The notes below the pieces were generated by a model. It worked only from the letters and a program-made list of their open reading frames with translations, ran no database searches and was not told the origin of the DNA. The position numbers and the translations under genes are program-made. From the NCBI GenBank assembly GCA_963700145.1, contig OY969474.1, forward strand, positions 2,464,001-2,528,000: a DNA stretch of 64,000 bases, written 5' to 3'. This stretch comes from an uncultured Acidobacteriota bacterium. Its GTDB lineage: Bacteria > Acidobacteriota > Thermoanaerobaculia > Multivoradales > UBA5704. Within the stretch, counting starts at the first letter, position 1. The number at the start of each line of letters is the position of its first letter. This document shows positions 19,519 through 29,694 of this stretch, one piece after another.

Positions 19519-20634
19519 TCACGCCCAACCCTGCGCCCGGGCGATCTCTTCGCGGGCCACTGCCGGCAGGTGGTCGAGGATGTCCTGCATGGCGATCCCC
19601 TCGTTGTGGTACTTCACGACGCCGCTCATGCCCGCCTCGCCCTTGTAGAGCTCCGGCCTCACTTCCTTGAAGCCGTGGTGGAGGGCGACGACCTGCCAGC
19701 TGTCGTCGAGCACCGGCGATCCCGACGAGCCGAGCTCGGTGTCGGTCAGGTAGCGCAGCTGGTATGTCTGGTCGCCGGTGCCGACGTAAAAGTTGTTGCG
19801 GATGGCGAAGCTGAGCGCGCCGCCGCGGGGGCACTGCACGATGTTGAGCCGCGTCCCCACGGAGAGGCTGGTCCGGCCGCGTGAAAGTGGAAGATGTCGC
19901 CGTGGCGCCAGCGTGGGATCGTCTTGCAGCCGCAGCAATGCATAGTCGAGCGTCCTGTCGCTGGCCAGCACCGCCGCCGCCTGGACGTCGACGTGGTCGT
20001 GGCCCTCGCGGTAGTAGTCGAACCAGGCGGCGGTGCTCTCCCCTTGCAGCCGGAAATCGGCGGCGTTTGCCGGCGGCTCGTTGCGGTCCCGCGCCTCGAC
20101 GACGTGATGATTGGTGAGCAGCAGCCGCGGCGCCACCAGCCAGCCGGTGCCGAAGCCGGCGCCGCGCGCCCTGCGCCCATCGACGTAACGCGGTACCAGC
20201 AAGCGCGCCACTCGGCGGCCGGTCTCTTGCGCCTGCTCGATGAAGCTCACGGTCACCCATTCGCCCGTGCCGCCGAAGATGAGCCGCTCCGGCTCGGCGG
20301 GAAGCTCGGGCAGCGGCTGCTCGCCGCCATAGGCCGCTTCGGCTTGCTGTTGGATCTCGGCGAGCTGGCGGCCGAGGTCGGTCCCCCTGGTGATCCGCCA
20401 CGCGTTGTGGACGACGATCACCACCGGACGCTCGCCGTTGTCCAGCCTACCCAGGCCGTCCAGTTGGCCGATCAGATTGGTCAGGTCGACGAACTGATTG
20501 TCGGTGCGATTGAGCGCGCCGCGCACGTTAGCGGGAACACCGTCCAGCAGGGCGCTGCGGCCGGCACGTTCGTCGGTGCCGGGCACATCCATCAGGACGT
20601 CGACCAATCGAGCCTTGAGGAACCTGTCGAGCAT
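19519..20634 (-). CDS. EAD-like domain plus active trypsin-like protease
   Basis: GTGWLV, LLTNHHV, LDYALL, TDTELGSSGSPV, ALHH. Confidence 0.85.
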   Translation of the reverse strand: MLDRFLKARLVDVLMDVPGTDERAGRSALLDGVPANVRGALNRTDNQFVDLTNLIGQLDGLGRLDNGERPVVIVVHNAWRITRGTDLGRQLAEIQQQAEAAYGGEQPLPELPAEPERLIFGGTGEWVTVSFIEQAQETGRRVARLLVPRYVDGRRARGAGFGTGWLVAPRLLLTNHHVVEARDRNEPPANAADFRLQGESTAAWFDYYREGHDHVDVQAAAVLASDRTLDYALLRLQDDPTLAPRRHLPLSRGRTSLSVGTRLNIVQCPRGGALSFAIRNNFYVGTGDQTYQLRYLTDTELGSSGSPVLDDSWQVVALHHGFKEVRPELYKGEAGMSGVVKYHNEGIAMQDILDHLPAVAREEIARAQGWA

Positions 20635-20801
20635 TCGCTAAGGGCGCGCCCAGGGGTGCGGCAATTAAGATCTCTGCAGGCGTGAACAACTCGAATTCTA
20701 CCCCAAGCACAAGTCTATAGGCCCCGCTGCCCTTCGGCGATCTCGAGGAGCGGCCGGGCTCGGCGTGGTCGTAGAGTGGAAATAGCCGCAAAAGCCTGAC
20801 T

Positions 20802-21299
20802 TCAGGAGCGGATCCCTCCGAACGGCCCCGCCACCATCGGCGTCGCCAGCAGGAAGACGGCCGCGAACGCTCCCTTGAGGAGGCGCGACGGTCGCCGCCG
20901 AAAGTAGGCGGGCGTGAACTCGACGGCGCCGATGCAGCTGGCCGTCAGCAAGCCGTCCACCCACGTGTGCTCCAGGTCGATGCGCCGGCGCTGCGAGTCG
21001 GCCGCCCAGTAGCCGCGCACCGCGTCCTCGTCGAGCCAGTCCGCAGGCGCGCGTCCGCCGATAGCTCGGCGAGCCCCTCGAAGTGCGGGATCGCCAGTAT
21101 CAACGCCCGGCCGCGCATCGCCTGCGGCAGCGGCACCGTCGCGCGCAGCCGATAGACGCACGGCGCCGCCGGCAGGCGGTCGTGGAAGTGCGACGGGATG
21201 GCGACGGCGGAGGTCCGGCGGTCGGGCGCGACCAGCACCCAGCTCCGGACGGCGGCTGATCGAGGGTGAGCCCAGGAGGAGCGCAGGGATCACTGTCAC
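20802..21299 (-). pseudogene. Fragmented gene remnant of unknown function
   Basis: Protein-like stretches in two frames (VAIPSHF..YRLRATVPLP..LILAIPHFEGLAEL; DWLDEDAVRGYW..IDLEHTWV). Confidence 0.3.
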
Positions 21300-21360
21300 G
21301 GGAAGGCGCCAATCTACGGCAACTCAAGCCGTCGATATGATGCGGCCGTCCGCGAACTCC

Positions 21361-23243
21361 ATGAAGGCCGTCGTTTACAGCCGCTACGACCGCCTCGTCC
21401 GTCGCGCCCGGGCCTTCGTCCTCGCGTGCGCCGCCGTCATCGCCGGTGCCGTGGCCGCGCCGGTCGGCGCGGAGGTGGCGCCGGCCGCCGAGGTTCGCGG
21501 CACCGTCATCGGGCCCGGGGGCGAGCCGGCGGCGGGGGCGGTGGTCGCCGTCGTCGCCACGCGGCGCAGCGAGCCGTCGGCGGTGGTGGTGGCCGGCGCC
21601 GACGGGGCGTTCGCGGCGACGGTCCCCGCCGGCACCTACGCCCTGACCGCCACCCATCCGCAGTGGACGGCCGCCTGGTCGCCGCCGGCGGAGGCGAGCG
21701 GCAAGGTGGTTCGCGACCTGCGCCTCCTCGCGCCGGCCGAGGGAGTCCTCCTCGAAGGCGACGTCCGCGACTCGACGGGGGCCGCCCTCGCCGGCGCGGA
21801 GGTGCACTGCATGCGCACGATCTCCCAGGGCGACCTCTTCGTCGGCCGCGCCGACGGCGCCGGGCGCTACGCGCTGCGCCTGCCGTCCTCGCCCTACTAC
21901 GGCTGTCACGCGGCAGCCGACGGGCTGCGCTCGCCGCTCGTCGAGATCGACGTCGACGTCGCCGCCGGCGCGGTCCGGCGGGACCTGCTGATCCGCCGGC
22001 CGGCGCCCGCGCCGCAGGCGGTGGTCGACTGGATCCGCGAGCAGGCGATCCCGCTGCTGACGACGCGCGCCGGGCACGCTTCGCCGACCGGGCGCACCTG
22101 CGCGAGGTCGTCGGCGACGCCCGGGTGGTGGCCCTCGGCGAGGCCACGCACGGCACGCGCGAGTTCTTCCACCTCAAGCACCGCCTCTTCGAGTACCTCG
22201 TCTCCGAGCTCGGCTTCAGCGTCTTCGCCATCGAGGCGAGCTGGCCCGAGTCCGAGGCGGTGGACGAGTACGTGCGGACGGGCCGGGGGGGACCCCGCCG
22301 AGGCGCTCGCCGGGCTGTACATCTGGCCCTGGAACACCGAGGAGGTGCTCGACCTCATCCGCTGGATGCGGCAATGGAACGCCGTGCCGGGGCACCGGCA
22401 GGTACGCTTCTACGGCTTCGACGTGAAGGCCGCCGCGGTGTCGGCCGAGCGCCTGGCGGCGCGGCTGCAGGAGATCGACCCGGCGCTCGCGGCGGAGGTG
22501 GGGCCCGCCCTCGTCCGGCTCGCCGCGGCCGAGCGCGCCTCGCCCGAGCTCGCCGACGCCGACGAGGCGGAGTACCAGGCCGCCGTGGCCGGCGTCGCCG
22601 CGGTGCTGCCGCGGATCGCCGCGCGGCTGCCGCCGGCGTCCGCCGCCGACCGGCGGGCGATCGTCGACCGGCACTACGTGCAGGCGCTCGAGCAGTACAC
22701 GCGGCTGCGCGGCCCCGGGGCGGCGGGCCGGTGCGCGACCGCGGCATGGCCGACAACGTCCGCTGGATCGCCTACGTCGCCGAGCCCGGGTCCCGCATCG
22801 TCGTCTGGGCGCACAACTTTCACGTCAACGTCTACGAGGAGGGCTCGCTGCCCTGGATGGGCCACCACCTCGAGGCGGCGCTGGGCAAGGACTACCTGCC
22901 GGTGGGGTTCCTCTTCCACCACGGCTCGTTCCAGGCGATGGATCGCACCGGCGGCCCCCGCGGGCTCAAGGAGTTCACGGTCGGTCCGCCCGCGGCGGGC
23001 ACGCTCGAGGACACCTTCGAGCGCGCCGGCTGGCCGCTCTGCCTCCTCGACCTGCGCCGCCTGCCGGCGGAGGGCCCGGTCGCCGAGTGGCTCCGCGCCC
23101 CTCAGCTGACGCGCGCGGTCGGCTCCTCCTTCAGCGGCGAGGCCGACATGGCGATGGAGCTGGCGCTGCCCGAGGTGTACGAGGCGGTGGTCTACGTCGA
23201 GGCGACGACGCGCGCCCGGCCGAACCCGCCGGTGCAGCCGTAG
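21361..23243 (+). pseudogene. Erythromycin esterase-family protein with N-terminal carboxypeptidase-regulatory-like domains; three apparent frameshifts (~22078, ~22290, ~22730), possibly read errors
   Basis: VALGEATHGTREFF, FAIEASW, WNTEEV, RDRGMADNV and WAHNFHV spread over alternating frames. Confidence 0.85.
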
Positions 23244-23335
23244 GACGGGGCGGAACTCACGTAGCGCGGCTCCGGGGGGTTCCCGGAGAGGCTGGAGACG
23301 CGGTCGGAACGCTGGCGGATAAGGGAGCGCGACAT

Positions 23336-23562
23336 CCGGATACATCCGCGAGCCGCCCGGATACATCCGCGGCGCGTCCGGATAGATCCGCGGGCCGTCC
23401 GGATACATCCGCCGCGCTTCCGGACATATCCGCGCCACTTCCGGATAGATCCGCGAGCCGTCCGGATACATCCGCGGCGCGTCCGGATATGTCCCCGCGC
23501 TTCCGGATACATCCGCCGCGCTTCCGGATACATCCCCAGCCTTCCGGGCACATCTCCAGGCC
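23336..23562. repeat. 20-21-bp tandem array (~11 units) with near-palindromic core CCGGATACATCCG and variable 7-8-bp linkers
   Basis: ccggatacatccgcgagccgc / ccggatacatccgcggcgcgt / ccggatagatccgcgggccgt / ccggatacatccgccgcgctt etc. Confidence 0.9.
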
Positions 23563-23633
23563 TCTGGGGAGACGTCCGGAGGCCCTCCGGCGACCTCCAG
23601 AGAGGACGCGGAGAGGTCCTCCGCCGCCGTGAG

Positions 23634-24463
23634 CTAGCCGACGAGGAGGGAGGCGGCGATCGCGCCGGCGGTGGCGACGAGGCAGATGAGGGCGCCGACC
23701 GCGTGGTCGGTCCGCTCCGGCTTCAGCGGGTCGAGCCAGAGGGCCGCGAGGTAGCCGCCGGCGAAGCCGCCGAGGTGGGCCCAGTTGTCCACCCGCGTCG
23801 CCACCAGGCCGTAGACGAAGAGCATCACGGCGTAGCCCCAGGCCTGGGTGGTGAGGGCGCGGCTGCCGCCGCGGCGGCCGTAGCGCACCAGCGCCCCGAG
23901 CAGGCCGAAGATCGCCGCCGAGGCCCCGACGGTCACCCGCGCCCCGCCGAGGAAGGGGAAGAACGCCGCCACCGCGCTGCTGAGCAGGAACCCGGTGACG
24001 CTGGCGAGGGTGTAGAGGATGACCATGCGGCTGGCGCCGTAGAACTCGGCGGTGAGCGGCGCGAGCTGGCGCAGCCAGAGCAGGTTGAAGAAGAGGTGGA
24101 GGAGGTCGCCGTGCAGCCAGCCGGCCGAGAGCGGGGTCCACCAGCGGCCGAGCTCGAAGACCAGGATCGAGCCGCTCGCCCCGAAGCGGGCGAGGGCCTC
24201 GGTGGTGGGCGGGAAGATGGAGAACGGGCCGCCCGCCGGCCCCGGCCCGCCGCCGGCCACGAGCGTGGCGGCGTAGAGGACGATGCACCCCCCGAGCACG
24301 AGCTGACGAACCCCAGGTCGCCGCCGAAGCGGCGCAGCGCCCCGGCGAAGCCCCACATCCCCGGCCGCAGCCGCCCGCAGTTGAAGCAGCGCTCGTCGGC
24401 CACCCCCACCAACCGCCCGCACGACGGGCAGACGACGGCACCGGTGCGCTGGCGGCGGAACAT
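23634..24463 (-). pseudogene. Rhomboid intramembrane serine protease with N-terminal zinc ribbon; one apparent frameshift ~24305
   Basis: CPSC..CFNC, WLHGDLLHLFFN, VGASAAIFG, DNWAHLGG; adding one C (GTC CAG) joins the frames. Confidence 0.85.
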
Positions 24464-24490
24464 CGGACGCTTGCCTATCGCGCGAGCCGA

Positions 24491-24919
24491 TTACTGCAAG
24501 AAGGGGTTAACGATGCGTACGGTCCCATAGCGGCGATTGTGCTGGAAGTCCTCGCTGAAAAGATCTGACAGCCCGAAGACCTCCGCGTAAGCCCAGAGAT
24601 GAGCGTCCAGCCACGAGAGGCCGTAGGCAGCGGCACCGCGGACCGCTGTGCGCACGACGGTGTCGTTCGGGTAGAGCACCGCGAACTCGTTGAGCAGCTC
24701 CTCCGTCTCGCGTCGGGCCTCCTCCGGGAGCAGGAGTGGCCCTCTGCCCGGAAGCGGACGAGTGACCGCCGAGTAGAACTCGACAATCGCCTGATGAGGA
24801 AGGCGGAGACTGCCATCCACGATCCCACGCAGCAGGAACTCCTCGGCGATCGCTTGCTTCTCTGGAGACTGGATGTCGAAGCGATAGACCAGAACGTTGG
24901 TATCAACGAGGCCGGCCAC
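24491..24919 (-). CDS. vapC: PIN-domain toxin (VapC-like)
   Basis: LVDTNVLVY, QAIVEFY, LSWLDAHLWA, LFSEDFQH..VNPF. Confidence 0.92.
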   Translation of the reverse strand: MAGLVDTNVLVYRFDIQSPEKQAIAEEFLLRGIVDGSLRLPHQAIVEFYSAVTRPLPGRGPLLLPEEARRETEELLNEFAVLYPNDTVVRTAVRGAAAYGLSWLDAHLWAYAEVFGLSDLFSEDFQHNRRYGTVRIVNPFLQ

Positions 24920-25199
24920 GGTCGTAGAGCTCCTCGCGGGTCCAGCCGCGGCCCTCGCCCTCCTTCCTCCTCGCCAACTCCGGCCGCTGCCGCTCTCGCT
25001 CCCGTTGGCGGAGGATCGACTGCTCGAAAAGCCGCAGACGCTCCTCGCTGCTCAGACCCTGCTCCCCTTTGCCTTGGGGCACGACGCGAATCACCTCGCC
25101 CGCAGGCACCCAGTCGATCTCATCCCCGGGCCGGATCCCGTACTGGTCGGCAAGCGCCTTGGGCAGCGTCACCTGCAGCTTGCTGGTTACTTTGGCCAT
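24903..25199 (-). CDS. AbrB/MazE-type antitoxin (VapB-like)
   Basis: MAKVTSKLQVTLPK..YGIRPGDEI; C-terminal WTREELYDR overlapping vapC. Confidence 0.9.
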   Translation of the reverse strand: MAKVTSKLQVTLPKALADQYGIRPGDEIDWVPAGEVIRVVPQGKGEQGLSSEERLRLFEQSILRQRERERQRPELARRKEGEGRGWTREELYDRGRPR

Positions 25200-25233
25200 G
25201 TCCTTACCCTAGCAAGGACAGCTTCCTTGTCAA
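25200..25233 (-). promoter_or_regulatory. Sigma70 promoter with overlapping palindromic operators for the TA operon
   Basis: Minus strand TTGACA-16 bp-TAGGGT with extended TG; inverted repeats CAAGGA/TCCTTG and GTCCTT/AAGGAC; ATG follows 6 bp after the -10. Confidence 0.75.
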
Positions 25234-25317
25234 ACGTCGATCCGCCACGCCGTCAGCCGCCCGCACGACGGGCAGACGACCGAGCCGGTGCGCTGGCGGC
25301 GGAACATGGCGGGAAGA

Positions 25318-28300
25318 CTAGCGCGGCGCGGGCCCCGGCAGGTCGGCGCAGGTCCTGCGGTACGGGACTTCCCTGCCTACGTACTGCTTCCACTCCTCGC
25401 GGGTGAGGTCGCGGTTGGCGATCTCGCAGGCGCGGCGGATCCAGGTGCGGGTGTCGAGGTCCCAGAGGATCGGGGGGCCATGCTCGCCGGCCGAGACCAG
25501 CAGCGGCCGCTGCGGGTGGAACCTCACGGCCGCCCGTTCGCTCGGATTGCCGGCGATGGGCGGGAAGAGTGTGCGGCCCTGCGCGACGTCCCAGATGGCG
25601 AGGTCGCCGTCCTGCTGGTACGCCGCCAGAAGGTCGCCGCCGGACGAGAAGGCAAGGCTCAGGGCGAGAGACTTGCCCGCCAACGCCTCGCCCTTGGGCT
25701 GGCGCGAAGCCAGGTCCCAGAGAAGTACTCTGCCGTCCTCGAGGCCGGTGGCGAGCGTCTCGCCTGACGGGGACCACGCCACGCTTACGACCGGTCCCGG
25801 GGCAGTCAGCGGCGGCCCGGCGGGCGAGCGGGTGTCGAGGCCTACCAGCGGGATCGTCTCCTCGCCGGTGGCGAACGCCACCAGGTTCTGGCGCGGGTGG
25901 ACGGCGAGGCCGATGGCCTGTTCGATCAGGGCAGACTCCGCGCGCGGGCCGTCCGGCCCCTCACCCACGAGGTCAAAAACCACGACCTCTTCCCTGAACC
26001 CGCCCGAGGGGATCAGTTTCATGGACTCGACCTGTGCGACGAGGCGTCGCCCGTCCGGGCTGAATGCGAGTCCCCGGAAGGGCGCCGGCCCCCGCACCAG
26101 CTCCCGCGGCCTCCGGGAGGCGACGTCCCACAGACGCAGGACGCCGAAGTTTTCGAAGTCCTGACCGCTCCGCACGACGTTCCAATCGGTCGCGGCCAAG
26201 GTCCGGCCATCCGGGCTGAACGCCACGGCGGTGACCCGGCCGCCGTATCCGGCGAGCGGCGGCAGCGGCCGCTCTTCCACCACGTCCCAGAGCCTGATCT
26301 CCTCGCCTGCCGCCCAGGCGAGCTGCGTGCCGTCGGGGCGAAGGCTGAGGGAGGCGTCGCCGCCATTGCCGGGCAGACGTCGGCCGAAGGAGCGCGGCTC
26401 CCGCAGGCTCCAGAGGATCACCTTGCCAGCGCCGTCGCCGGCCGCCAGAAAGCTGCCGTCGTGGCTGAACACTGCGTCTCGCACACTGGCAGAGTGACCG
26501 CGTAGCTCCTCGATCAACTCGTTGTCCGGCCTCCAGAGGGCCAGGTCGGCGCTGCCGTCGTGGCTGAACGCTGCGTCCCGCAAACTGGCAGAGTGACCGC
26601 GTAGCTCCTCGATCGCCAGGTCGGCGCGGCCGAGGACGGCGAGCCGGCTACCATCCGGGCTGAAAAGGGCGCGGCGAGTCGACCAGGGCAGGAAACGCGG
26701 GGGCTGGTCCGGGCTGAGCTTCAGGTGCCAAAGCTGAAATCTCGAAATTGGCGCGACGGTGCCCAGCGCGCTCTGGGCCAGCAAGGTGTGCCCTGTCGGG
26801 CTGAAGCTCACGGCAGTGACGGGGCCTTTGACGCTGCCGGCCGGGCGGCCCACGGCCAACCCCTGCGAGTCCCAGAGCACGATCGCGCCGTCCTCGGCGA
26901 CCGAGACCAGCTCGGCTCCATCTGCCCGGAACCCCAGTCCCATGATCGGCGACGGCAGGTCGGACGCGATCGCACCGACGCGGCGCCGGGCCGCCAAGTC
27001 CCAGAGCTGGAGCGACGAACGGTGCCGAGCGCCAGCGGGCGCCCGTCCGGGCTGAAGGCGGCGCTGGTCACTATCTCTCCTTCGAGGAACGGCTCCGCCG
27101 CTGGCTGGGGCGGCGTTATTCGCCAGAGCGTGGCGGCTTCGTTGTCCCTGCGCACCATCAGCGCCGTTTCTGAGCCGAACTCAAATCCCTTCATCCAACC
27201 ATAAAAAGCCGCCGGCCGGCCGATGGGGCGAAGGGCCATGAGGTCCCAGAATGCGATCGCGCCCCGACCCAGGAGAGCCATGGTCCTCTGGCTCGGGCTG
27301 AAGGCCACTTCGGCGATCTCGCCCAGGCCCTCGGTCAGCTGCACCTTGGCGGCGCGGGCCAAGTCCCAGGCGTGGACCTGCCTCTTACCGGTAAGGGGCA
27401 CGTCCGAGGGCTTGCCTTCGAGCTGCCACCCGACCTCCACCAGAGCCTTCCCGCCTGGCCCGAGGACGAGATCGATCGGCGTCTCGGCCCCGCCGGTCAA
27501 CGGCGCACCGAGCGGGCGGCGGTGGCGAGGTCCCAGCGCTGGACGGAACCGCCTTCGAGGCCCGCTCCCAGGACTTTGCCGTCAGGGTCGAGGGCGATCG
27601 AGTTAACGCTCGCGGGGGCGTGCAGAAAGGCGAGGATGCGGCGGCTGCGCTCCAGGCCCTCGGCGAGGGCGCCCCTGGCCTCGAAGGTGTCAGCCGTCTT
27701 CTGTGCCTCGACTCCCAGGAGCAAGGCGAGGTCGAGTTGCTGCGCCATCTCGACCGTGCCCTGGGCCGCGAGCTGGCGGGAGAGGGAGACGCGGCGCTGC
27801 CCTTCGGTCTGCACCCACTGGAAGACCGCAAACACCATGAAGCCGAAAATGACCGTCACGAATGCCTTTAAGGTCCTATTCACTATGCGGTGCTGGTGCT
27901 CGCGCTCCTTGCGCTCGCGCTCCCGCAAAGCGGCGCTGGCGGTAATCAGCTCCTGCTCCTCCGGCCCAAGGTCCCCGCGACGCTCGGCGAGCCAGCGCTC
28001 GGCCTCGACCAGCGGCGCGCCGCGCAGCAGGGTTCCTTCGTCGCCGCCGGTGCGCCGCCACTCGGCGAGGTCGGCGCGCAGCCGCTGCCGCCAGAGCAGG
28101 AACTCGCGGTCTTCCCGCACCCACTGGCGGAGCTGCTCCCAGTGCAGGGGCAGGGTGTCGTGGACCAGCTCGACCGTGGCACCCCGCAGGACCACCAGGC
28201 GCTCGTCGGCCAGCCGCTGGAGGACCCTCTCCAGCCCGCTGTCGTCCCCGACCAGCGAGGACTTGTCCGAGCCGGCGACCGGCGGTCGCCGTAGCAGTCT

Positions 28301-29681
28301 CCTCATCGATCCAGACCAGCCGAGTCAGCAGCCCGCGGGAAACCTTGCGCTCCTCGGTGCCCAGGGCCTTGATCACCCCGTCAGCGTGGAAGCGCAGCGC
28401 TCCTTGGACCCCTTCGATCTCCCTGTAGGCATCCCAGGTGAGCCACCGCCCCCGGCGCTTGCGCCAGAGGAGGTCGAGCGCGTGCTGGAGCAGGGGGAGC
28501 ACCACCTCGCCGCCCTGGCTGGCGTCGTCGCGCACCCGGGCGGCGAGCCCCTTCTCGAAGATCGCCCCCACCTGGGCGGCGGGGGCCTCGATGACCTCGG
28601 CCACCGCTCCCTGGTCGAGGTCCTTGATGTAGAGCTGGTGGTCCACCACCTGCCCGGCCAGGTCGGGGTAGCGCCCCAGCCGGCCGTAGAAGTCGGCGCG
28701 CATCGTGGCCACCACCCGGGCCCGTCCCTCCGGGGCCCGCGCGAGCGCCAGGACGGCGGCGATGAGCTTCTCCTGCTCCGTCTTCCCGTCCGCCTCGGCG
28801 AGGGTGAACAGCTCCTCCAATCGGTCCACCACCAGCGCGAGGCGTCGTCCCGCGGGCAGCAGGAGGGCGAGGAGGGCGGGGAGCTCGCCCGGTGCCTCGT
28901 CGAGCCGCCGCAGCAGGTCGTCGGCAGCGGCCAGCGGATCGCCCGGCCGGAAGCGCGCCAGGGCGCCGGCGAGGGCGTGCAGCGGACGGGGCCCCGGCCG
29001 CACCACCAGCTCCTCCCACTCCGCCGCCGGCAGGCGGGCGAGCAGACCGGCCTGGACCAGGCTGGTCTTGCCGCTCCCCGAAGCGCCCAGGACCGCCAGG
29101 AACGGGTGGTGCGCGAGCCGCTCCTCCATCTCCGCGATCTCGGCGCTGCGGCCGAAGAAGAAGCGCCGGTCCTCGACCCCGAAGGCCGCGAGCCCGCGGT
29201 AGGGGGCCGGCTCGTCCGGCAGGTCAGCGGCGAGGTCGGCGGACGGGGCCTCGCCCTTGACGGCGGCCACCAGACGGGCGAAGGGGTCGGCCTCGTCGAG
29301 GCCGCCCTCGAAGCGGATCCAGGTGTCGACGTTGGCCCAGGTGCCCTGCGGCGGCGGCGTGCCCGGCAGGAAGACGTAGAGGACGTGGAAGCCCGGCCGG
29401 CCGTCGCGCAGCGCGTAGGCCAGGTCCCGCTCCTGGCGCTGCACCGGCCCGAGGCCGCCGGGGCCCCAGACGACGACCGCGGCGGCGCTGCCGTTCATCG
29501 CCTCCTCGATCTCGCCGCGCCAGGAGGCGCCGGGCTGGAGGCGGGCGCGGTCCATCCAGACGGCGAGGCCCGCCTCGCGCGCCAGCCGACCGGCGAGGAC
29601 CTCGACCTCGCGGGCGTCGCGGCGGCTGTAGCTCAGGAAGACGTCGAAGCGGGAGGGGCTCGCAGCCACTCCGCGCAGCAT
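25318..29681 (-). pseudogene. TIR + STAND (nSTAND1-like) NTPase + TM + WD40 repeat protein, split by about three single-base frameshifts (~28280, ~27520, ~27015)
   Basis: FDVFLSYSRRD TIR; PYRGLAAF..FFGR, GASGSGKTS, ATMRADFY, LPLLQHAL; VELVHDTL..W..LRQW; many AFSPDG repeats; C-terminal ACEIANRDLTREEW. Confidence 0.85.
26452..26627. repeat. Internal duplication in the WD40 region (26452..26515 and 26551..26614)
   Basis: IEELRGHSAS[L/V]RDA[A/V]FSHDGS occurs twice; gccaggtcggcgc at both 26540 and 26615. Confidence 0.85.
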
Positions 29682-29694
29682 ACCGCCGGCGGCG

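Larger units (their letters stand above)
11409..22075 (+). repeat. ~700-bp direct repeats (11409..12104 and 21386..22075) bounding a ~9.3-kb segment
   Basis: Long identical runs, e.g. gtcgccacgcggcgcagcgagccgtcggcggtggtggt and tctcccagggcgacctcttcgtcggcc, in both copies. Confidence 0.9.
24413..25307 (-). repeat. 51-bp direct repeats of the rhomboid start (24413..24463 and 25257..25307) flanking the TA module
   Basis: Both encode MFRRQRTG[A/S]VVCPSCGR; 48 of 51 positions identical by manual count. Confidence 0.9.

Noticed and set aside
21361-23243. Antibiotic-resistance calls (erythromycin esterase; VanZ-like 50443..51588)
   Set aside because: Only family-level motifs; most members have no demonstrated resistance role
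23336-23562. CRISPR interpretation of the tandem arrays (also 10641..10940 and 63001..63190)
   Set aside because: The 20-21-bp period leaves no room for real spacers, linkers repeat, and no cas genes are seen
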